From positions 1 through 64,000 of the IMG/VR virus record IMGVR_UViG_3300015050_001523: a stretch of DNA of 64,000 nucleotides; one strand, written 5' to 3'. Made by a program: the position numbers and the translations under genes. This DNA comes from a virus. Its lineage: Duplodnaviria > Caudoviricetes. The notes under the pieces are model-generated. The model saw nothing but the letters and a program-made list of their open reading frames with translations, ran no database searches and had not been told where the DNA came from. Position 1 is the stretch's first letter, and each line of letters starts with the position of its first letter. Positions 58,213 through 64,000 of this stretch are shown in pieces.

Positions 58213-59678
58213 TATCCAATATCATCTTCTTCTAAAGAATCTCCATAATATTTATCATAATCTTTTTCAATTGACATTATGGCATTATAGCTCTTATACC
58301 CAATAAAGACAAGTAAAATAACAATTAGACCCCCGATAAGGATAATTTTCCAAGTGTGCCAACCACCAACGCCATTTTCTTTTTTCGCTTCAATAACGGC
58401 CATGTTGGCATTTAGAAGGCCGGAGCCCATATCCTTATTTTCAATATCTGTTGCAGTTTCTACTAAAATCCTTTCAACTTCAGCAGGGTCAAGGACTCCT
58501 TCTCCAATTATTAGAGCGGCAACTCCAGCAACATGGGGAGCTGCCATTGAAGTCCCTTGATAGGCATAATAAGCGCCAGCTTCAGATGGTTTTCGTGGAT
58601 TTATTGTGTTCTGAAGAATTCCATCAAATGGATCAATTCTTGTATCTCCTCCAGGAGCCGAAAGGGTTACTCCGTCTCCATAATTTGAATAAAAAGAACG
58701 ATCATCATTTTTGTCAGTCGCTCCAACAGAAATACAATTATCATAACCAGCAGGATATCCAACATGCCTTGAGTTATCGTTTCCTGCTGCGCAAACAACA
58801 GTTACTCCATGCTCATAAGCATAGTTTACAGCATCTTCCATAATTTTAGAAGGTGATGGTCCACCGAGACTCATATTGATAACTTTGGCTCCGTTGTCAG
58901 TTGCATATCTAATGGCAGATGCGATATCTTCGACAGAACCATAGCCTTGAGCGCTCAGCACTTTTAGGGGCATTATGGTGGCCTTTGGAGCGATGCCAGC
59001 GACCCCGCGTCCATTGTTGGTTGACTGGGCGATTGTGCCTGCAACATGACTCCCATGAGAATGATCGTCTAAGCCATCAGGCAACCCTGAACTAAAAGTT
59101 ACTCCTTTAGTAAATTTTGTATTATTTAAATCTTCTAAAGCAGCATGCCCTTCATAGTCTTTATATGCAACACCAGTATCAATAACTGCAACTATTACTC
59201 CTTCTCCTTGTTTTGAATTTTTCCAAGCTTTTTCCATATCAAGCTTTTCAAAATTCCATTGATGCTTATAAAGTGGATCATTTGGAAAATTTGACGTTGA
59301 ATAATCTCCATGTCCAAGGTCTTCTAAAACAATTGGAGCTGGGACACTATAAAATGTAGAAGGTTCAATATTTTCAATATTGAAATCTAATACGAATGGA
59401 CAATCTCCATTCATAATATAGAGATGGTTACTCTCTGAATAAAATGAATCTACCGGTCGAAAATTTCTGTCAGCCCAAGTTTTTTCATAATCAGTAATTA
59501 TTCCTCGAAGCTCAAATTCATCAACAAATCCTTCTTTGTCTTGAGGGTCAATGAAATCAATAAGACATGTTTCTCCGTTTCTTTGAAGAAATTCATTGCT
59601 TGGCTCTTGATTTGAGCAAGCAGAAATGCAGGTTGAAATGCCAATTGCCAATATAAATGTTTTTATTGTTTTTTTCAT
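58212..59678 (-). CDS. Subtilisin-like S8 serine protease with lipoprotein signal and C-terminal TM
   Basis: VAVIDTG, HGSHVAGTIA, INMSLGG, AAGND, GTSMAAPHVAG triad; LAIGISTCISAC signal; IILIGGLIVILLVFIGY anchor. Confidence 0.93.
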   Translation of the reverse strand: MKKTIKTFILAIGISTCISACSNQEPSNEFLQRNGETCLIDFIDPQDKEGFVDEFELRGIITDYEKTWADRNFRPVDSFYSESNHLYIMNGDCPFVLDFNIENIEPSTFYSVPAPIVLEDLGHGDYSTSNFPNDPLYKHQWNFEKLDMEKAWKNSKQGEGVIVAVIDTGVAYKDYEGHAALEDLNNTKFTKGVTFSSGLPDGLDDHSHGSHVAGTIAQSTNNGRGVAGIAPKATIMPLKVLSAQGYGSVEDIASAIRYATDNGAKVINMSLGGPSPSKIMEDAVNYAYEHGVTVVCAAGNDNSRHVGYPAGYDNCISVGATDKNDDRSFYSNYGDGVTLSAPGGDTRIDPFDGILQNTINPRKPSEAGAYYAYQGTSMAAPHVAGVAALIIGEGVLDPAEVERILVETATDIENKDMGSGLLNANMAVIEAKKENGVGGWHTWKIILIGGLIVILLVFIGYKSYNAIMSIEKDYDKYYGDSLEEDDIG

Positions 59679-60046
59679 TTTGAGGATCCTTTGAGTTTGT
59701 CTGCAATTTTTGCAAGAATATAATTAAGAGATTTTCTTCTTTTGATTTCTTCCCAATAATTTTTTTCGGAATATTCTATGCCATCAAGAGCCCAGTCTTT
59801 TTTCCCATTCCAATTTTCTTCTCTTGCTGGGCCGTCTTCTCTATGAAGATTCCCATGAATAAAATAAGTATAAAACATATGTCCTTCAACTGCTGGCCCA
59901 TCGCTTCTATGAAGCTCATCATTTACATAATAATGCTTAGTGCCATCTTTCCATTCAACAGCAGGAAGATTTCCCTCCCGATGAAGCATATCATTTAAAT
60001 AATGGCGTTTAGTGCCGTATTTGTCAATAATTATTCCATTTTTCAT
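59675..60046 (-). CDS. HREDGPA-repeat protein
   Basis: Start refined to MKNGII; three repeats plus YWEEIKRRKSL. Confidence 0.85.
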   Translation of the reverse strand: MKNGIIIDKYGTKRHYLNDMLHREGNLPAVEWKDGTKHYYVNDELHRSDGPAVEGHMFYTYFIHGNLHREDGPAREENWNGKKDWALDGIEYSEKNYWEEIKRRKSLNYILAKIADKLKGSSK

Positions 60047-60104
60047 TTTTTTGGTCCTTTTAACCTTGGAAGCTGGTTGAAGATTCAACCAGCTTCCAAG
60101 GAAA

Positions 60105-61040
60105 TTATTTGGCGGCGACTTTTGTCTTTTTGTTTAGAAGCTCTTGAACTTTGTCAGTTGCTGGGCTTGAGGTTGCAGCCGGCGTTCCTATACCTTTTGC
60201 GACATTGCCTACAGTAGCGGCCCCAGCAGAAGCAATTTCTTTAAGAAGTGGAACCAAGAACTCTAGAAGAGGTTCCATAACATCTTGGAGCGCGGCCTGA
60301 GTCGCAAATTTGCAACCCTCTTTAATGTTTTCTGAGGCGTTGTCACCAATCAGATTATCAATATATTCGGCCTGGGTGTCAGCCGCATAATGAATAGCGA
60401 GCGGTCCAAGAAGGGCCAAAACTCGTTTGCCATTTTCGGATTCTAGAAATTCGCTTGGCAGGCCAAGTGATTCTGCTCCTTTGATAATCGCAGAAGTTAC
60501 CATTCCGTTAACTTGTGCTGCTCCTACGGTTTTAGCCGCATCGATTCCGGCGACTTTGATCATGTCTAGGGTTGAATTAGTATTGCTCATATATTTTTTC
60601 TCTTCTTTCAGTTTCTCGCTAATCTCATCAAATGAATTGGTCTTTGAACTATTATCTTTAGTTGTTTTTATGATTTTGAAAATATCACCACTTTTTGAAA
60701 CATATGCATTTTGTGCATAATCAAAAACTTCAATTTCATTGGCTTCCTTTATTGGTCCAATTTCCCATGGATCAATATGAAGTACAATGGATTTACTTCC
60801 TTCTTTATGGAGAGCTTGCCACTGTTTATCTCCTAATTGGTGAGTCCAATGCAGAGTTGGAGTAAGGACATAAGTCTCTCTATCTTTTGGCTTAAGGGCT
60901 ACATCCTTCTCGACAGTATAAATTTTTAGATATTGATCATTTCCATCATCATCTTCAAACTTATATCTTCCAGCAAGTTTTGCAACTGTTCCATTATCAA
61001 ATTTTATTTGTGTTGGATTGTCTTTTTCGTTTTCGTTCAT
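60105..61040 (-). CDS. Hypothetical bipartite protein
   Basis: 311 aa; AT-rich N-terminal half, GC-richer Ala-rich C-terminal half. Confidence 0.8.
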   Translation of the reverse strand: MNENEKDNPTQIKFDNGTVAKLAGRYKFEDDDGNDQYLKIYTVEKDVALKPKDRETYVLTPTLHWTHQLGDKQWQALHKEGSKSIVLHIDPWEIGPIKEANEIEVFDYAQNAYVSKSGDIFKIIKTTKDNSSKTNSFDEISEKLKEEKKYMSNTNSTLDMIKVAGIDAAKTVGAAQVNGMVTSAIIKGAESLGLPSEFLESENGKRVLALLGPLAIHYAADTQAEYIDNLIGDNASENIKEGCKFATQAALQDVMEPLLEFLVPLLKEIASAGAATVGNVAKGIGTPAATSSPATDKVQELLNKKTKVAAK

Positions 61041-61069
61041 AATCTTTTATTTTTCTAATAAACATAAGT

Positions 61070-61249
61070 TTATATTTCGATTGTTACTTTGATTTCTTGC
61101 GGGGCATTATCATTTCCAAGCTCAGACCTTAGTACATCTTTTTTTAGATATAAGGTACCTATAGCAATTTGGCCCCCGCTGTCTACCTCCTCATAACAAT
61201 GAGTTCCTTTTGTGCTTTTTTTGAATTTGAAGTGAATGAGTCTTTTCAT
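61070..61249 (-). CDS. Small hypothetical protein (59 aa, below the track cutoff)
   Basis: Hand-translated MKRLIHFKFKKSTKGTHCYEE...IGTLYLKKDVL...; behind a good promoter. Confidence 0.7.
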   Translation of the reverse strand: MKRLIHFKFKKSTKGTHCYEEVDSGGQIAIGTLYLKKDVLRSELGNDNAPQEIKVTIEI

Positions 61250-61279
61250 TTTGACAGGTGCCTTTGTTCTGACCTTCTG

Positions 61280-61308
61280 ATAGTAACCTCATTCTCTTTT
61301 GATGTCAA
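61280..61308 (-). promoter_or_regulatory. Sigma70-type promoter TTGACA-17-TACTAT
   Basis: Intergenic, upstream of ATG 61249. Confidence 0.7.
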
Positions 61309-61338
61309 GCTTTAAAGACAGGACCAAGAAAAGCAAAG

Positions 61339-61758
61339 TTATTTTTTAGGGCAAATTTTTGCTTTTGCCTTTGTTTTTTTAGTTGTTGTTGGTTTTTTTG
61401 GAATCATCTCAACATCAAAAGATTCTGTTATTTGTTCACTGCCTCCCTCTTGTAAACCGGCAGCGATATAATCAATAGTTGACGAATAATATCCGTCAGA
61501 AAGAGCAGATTCAAAATACTCTTGAATATCTTTTTCTGAAATACAATTCATCTTTTCCTCTAAAAGAGCTTGTATTTCATTATCATTCATAAGGTTTTTT
61601 ACATCTTTAAATTCACCTTCATAATTGTCAATCCTTTGTTCTAAATATTGATAATAATCTTCTGTAATCTTTATTTTTATTTTTGTTGTATAAGTAACAA
61701 CAACATAAGTGTCATCTTTTTGATTTTTTTTATTTTTTTTATTTAAATCTATTTTCAT
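61339..61758 (-). CDS. Hypothetical protein with Lys-rich termini
   Basis: 139 aa, AAGGA SD. Confidence 0.75.
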   Translation of the reverse strand: MKIDLNKKNKKNQKDDTYVVVTYTTKIKIKITEDYYQYLEQRIDNYEGEFKDVKNLMNDNEIQALLEEKMNCISEKDIQEYFESALSDGYYSSTIDYIAAGLQEGGSEQITESFDVEMIPKKPTTTKKTKAKAKICPKK

Positions 61759-61860
61759 AATTTTTCCTTTGATCCCTTAATTTATATTAATTTTCCATCT
61801 TCAAGAGCGATTTTTTTTGGTCCGAATGGACCATGAAAACCATCATCAAGAGCAAATGGA

Positions 61861-62004
61861 TCATAGTCGCTTCTTTTCTTGTTCGCTTTCTAAGATTGCA
61901 TTTTTTAGAATTCTTTCATTGTATTTTTTTGATATAAAATAAAACAAAAAAGAGAAAACAATAAATGATAAAAATATGGATAAAATAACTGCTGATGTAG
62001 TCAT
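61861..62004 (-). CDS. Small membrane protein (47 aa, below the track cutoff)
   Basis: Hand-translated MTTSAVILSIFLSFIVFSFLFYFISKKYNER... Confidence 0.55.
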   Translation of the reverse strand: MTTSAVILSIFLSFIVFSFLFYFISKKYNERILKNAILESEQEKKRL

Positions 62005-62025
62005 GATTTGAGTATACCAAAATGA

Positions 62026-62059
62026 AAAAGAGGTCTGAGAATATTCTCAGACCTCTTTT
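62026..62059 (-). terminator. Terminator (perfect 34-bp palindrome)
   Basis: AAAAGAGGTCTGAGAATATTCTCAGACCTCTTTT. Confidence 0.72.
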
Positions 62060-62086
62060 ATGTCAGATGATTGTGGGGAAATTAAT

Positions 62087-62368
62087 TTATGAAATTCTTT
62101 TAACGTTTGAAATTAGAATAGGCGCAGTAACTTTGATTTCGCCCATTTCGTCAGTTTCTGGTGAAAAATTATTATTATCAAGATCCATTGTGGGATCATA
62201 TATTACACGTAACATAATATCTCCATACATTGCAGCCTCGTCTTTAGATTTGGTCAAGTAAGTATGTCGTTTTCCTTCTGGGGTAATGCTCCAAAGATGT
62301 CCATCTTTTTGGATCTGAGACCAGGCAAGTTCGGTGGTTGAGTGATACCAAGTATTATTTTTGTTCAT
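62087..62368 (-). CDS. Small ADP-ribosyltransferase-fold-like protein
   Basis: WYHST...I...G...YLT...A..YG..MLRV resembles the ART H-x-T/Y pattern. Confidence 0.55.
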   Translation of the reverse strand: MNKNNTWYHSTTELAWSQIQKDGHLWSITPEGKRHTYLTKSKDEAAMYGDIMLRVIYDPTMDLDNNNFSPETDEMGEIKVTAPILISNVKRIS

Positions 62369-62418
62369 TTTTATTTCTTGTCAATTTTTAGCAGAATTTA
62401 TATTTTACACTTATTATA

Positions 62419-63096
62419 TTAGGCTTTTACAAAGACATTCCAAGATGCATTATTGTTTTTTGTATTTCCTTCTTCAAGGACAGAATCTAACCTTTTCAAG
62501 ATCATTCCTTCAATTTGATTTGATTTTGAAAGACGAGAAAATTCATTGGCTAGGCCATAAATAAAAGTTCTTGCCTGCCACAAGTGATCTCTCACATAAA
62601 TAGAACAAGAAAGACCAGTTTCAATTTCTAGTTCTCCCTGCTCTCCCATGATTGAATCAAGTACATTGTACCTTTCTAGAGTCGGCATGTCAACAAGATA
62701 GTTGTCCTCGCAAACTAAGACATCATTTGCGATAAATCGATCTTTGTATTTTCCTTCATCCAAGAAGAATTCTCCATCCAAAACAAGATGAGTTAATGAC
62801 TTTAGACTTCCATGAAGTTCAAGAAGATCGGATTTTAGTCCTTCGGACAATTCAATATAAAGACGATTTCGAAAAGCATCCCATAGTTTGATTTCTCCAT
62901 TTGGGGAGATTTCAAGAAGAGAACGAAGTCCCTTGAATTTGATTTGTCCAATATATCCTTTTTTTTCATACTCTAAAATATCACCAACAGATGCCACTTT
63001 GTCAATCGTTGGTGCATACATAATGTCTCCATTGTATTGGAAATATTCCATATTTTCACCAAAATTTACATCTTCAGGAATTTTTGAGTCTTTCAT
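62419..63096 (-). CDS. ATP-dependent DNA ligase-like adenylation domain only (no OB domain)
   Basis: QIKFKGLRS (motif I variant), LDGEF, ANDVL, ERYNVL, EGMILKR. Confidence 0.72.
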   Translation of the reverse strand: MKDSKIPEDVNFGENMEYFQYNGDIMYAPTIDKVASVGDILEYEKKGYIGQIKFKGLRSLLEISPNGEIKLWDAFRNRLYIELSEGLKSDLLELHGSLKSLTHLVLDGEFFLDEGKYKDRFIANDVLVCEDNYLVDMPTLERYNVLDSIMGEQGELEIETGLSCSIYVRDHLWQARTFIYGLANEFSRLSKSNQIEGMILKRLDSVLEEGNTKNNNASWNVFVKA

Positions 63097-63114
63097 ATTT
63101 TATCCTTTTTTAGA

Positions 63115-63300
63115 TTAAAGGTTCCAAAGGTGATGAATTAAGTATGCATAAGCAGTTGCGCATGCAAAAATAAGAAGAATGATGATGCTAATATATGCAA
63201 AAATATATTTTAGAATTGAAAGACCACCATTTGCATCTCCTTGTGATGCGAGCGTTCCAATAACTGTAATCGCAATGAAAATAATGATTCCAATAGTCAT
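63115..63300 (-). CDS. Small two-TM membrane protein
   Basis: 61 aa, hydrophobic. Confidence 0.7.
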   Translation of the reverse strand: MTIGIIIFIAITVIGTLASQGDANGGLSILKYIFAYISIIILLIFACATAYAYLIHHLWNL

Positions 63301-63310
63301 TTTTTCTTTC

Positions 63311-63442
63311 TTATGAAGCCTTGATTACTTCAAGGATAAAACTGTAAACAAAATAGGCGAAAGCAAATGCAATGGCAGAACCCCAGAGCATATGAAGCCA
63401 GTAGATAAAAACAACCCTAACTGCATGTGAAATAAAGTTCAT
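63311..63442 (-). CDS. Small membrane protein (43 aa, below the track cutoff)
   Basis: Hand-translated MNFISHAVRVVFIYWLHMLWGSAIAFAFAYFVYSFILEVIKAS. Confidence 0.5.
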   Translation of the reverse strand: MNFISHAVRVVFIYWLHMLWGSAIAFAFAYFVYSFILEVIKAS

Positions 63443-63483
63443 TTTTCTTTCTAGTTTTGTTGTTGTAGGTTGAAGGCCATGCT

Positions 63484-63533
63484 AAAGCATAGCACCTTCT
63501 GAACGCATGTCAATGGAGAAGGTGCTATGCTTT
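63484..63533 (-). promoter_or_regulatory. 17-bp inverted repeat enclosing a TTGACA-16-TATGCT promoter (combined terminator/promoter)
   Basis: Arms AAAGCATAGCACCTTCT (63484-63500) and AGAAGGTGCTATGCTTT (63517-63533); -35 in the loop, -10 in the arm. Confidence 0.65.
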
Positions 63534-63546
63534 TTATCTCCAATTT

Positions 63547-63747
63547 TTAGATATCGATAATTTTTTTGGAAGAAGGCTTTGATTTTAGCGTTAAATTATT
63601 CATTTTTAAACATTTTTTTAATAGAATAACTTTTTCTTCAAGATCAAAAATTTTATTCTGTAGATGATTCATTAATAGAAATAATCTTAAAATTAAAAAT
63701 CCAAAAATAAAAGAAAAAACAAAAAAAACGAATTCAATGACTGACAT
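63547..63747 (-). CDS. Small membrane-anchored coiled-coil protein
   Basis: Start refined to MSVIEFV. Confidence 0.65.
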   Translation of the reverse strand: MSVIEFVFFVFSFIFGFLILRLFLLMNHLQNKIFDLEEKVILLKKCLKMNNLTLKSKPSSKKIIDI

Positions 63748-63772
63748 ATTATTTCTTTCTGAATAAAGATTT

Positions 63773-64000
63773 TTATGAAGCGAAGATAAGAAGTTTCGCA
63801 CTAAGTAGGCGCATATCTTCGATTTTGTCCAAATAATAACTTATCTCATCAAATTCTGAGATTTTGCAAATATACTCTTTATATTTATTTAGAACTTGTA
63901 AATTGGTAGGTGAGCCAATTTCTGTTTTATGATCTTTTAGAATATTTTTGGTGTCGATAGTCCCAACTTGAAGAATGGGAATGTTTATGGAAATGCCAGT
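63773..64000 (-). CDS. Partial CDS (3' end) running off the window
   Basis: Open frame TGISINIPILQVG...LLIFAS* from the window edge. Confidence 0.6.
   Translation of the reverse strand, partial: TGISINIPILQVGTIDTKNILKDHKTEIGSPTNLQVLNKYKEYICKISEFDEISYYLDKIEDMRLLSAKLLIFAS

Noticed and set aside
128-62564. Many short overlapping or antisense ORFs in the six-frame track (e.g. 128, 1711, 3720, 11873, 20486, 21983, 23322, 31528, 43629, 45634, 47063, 58451, 60427, 62022)
   Set aside because: Shadows of longer motif-bearing genes with no independent signals
1-64000. Bacterial chromosome or eukaryotic giant virus origin
   Set aside because: dnaE, groEL and infC lack their usual chromosomal operon partners and most ORFs are small unknowns. 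Sigma70 promoters, SD sites, IF-3 and an amidase argue against a eukaryotic virus.
1-64000. Alternative genetic code (TAG or TGA reassigned)
   Set aside because: Long conserved genes are intact in code 11, and all three stop codons occur at natural gene ends
1-64000. CRISPR array or diversity-generating retroelement behind the repeats
   Set aside because: The repeats are in-frame coding units without spacer periodicity. No reverse transcriptase or clear adenine-only template/variable pair was seen.

Overview
AT-rich 64 kb fragment of a large tailed dsDNA bacteriophage genome (jumbo/huge-phage type), read in genetic code 11. I found no rRNA, CRISPR array or integrase. The left half (mostly + strand) carries a C-family replicative polymerase (dnaE) and a nucleotide/sugar cluster (two NAD-dependent epimerases, an HD hydrolase, an IMPDH/GMP reductase). 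It also has an overlapping PD-(D/E)xK nuclease plus Dam-family methylase pair, a DHH phosphoesterase, an Fe/Mn SOD, IF-3, membrane proteins and a ligase-fold/cytidylyltransferase/Nudix trio. A free-standing GIY-YIG endonuclease, many acidic probable virion proteins and an amidase endolysin follow. The right half (mostly - strand) holds small accessory genes behind sigma70-like promoters: RNA/DNA-ligase-fold proteins, NADAR, Nudix, GNAT, a MoxR/VWA pair, an atypical tRNA, a Gly-rich fibre, GroEL, an SNF2 helicase, KTSC, a lipoprotein subtilase and an ART-like protein. Nine genes share an HREDGPA repeat. The main oddities are: (1) tiny genes that look like rearranged fragments of a T4 gp23-type major capsid protein; (2) a recurrent capsid-targeting-like amphipathic peptide, also present on the SOD; (3) apparent leaderless transcription alongside a phage IF-3; (4) a tRNA with an AAU anticodon in a distorted anticodon arm; (5) a phage-borne restriction-modification-like pair. 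All family assignments come from motifs recognised by eye; no database searches were run.
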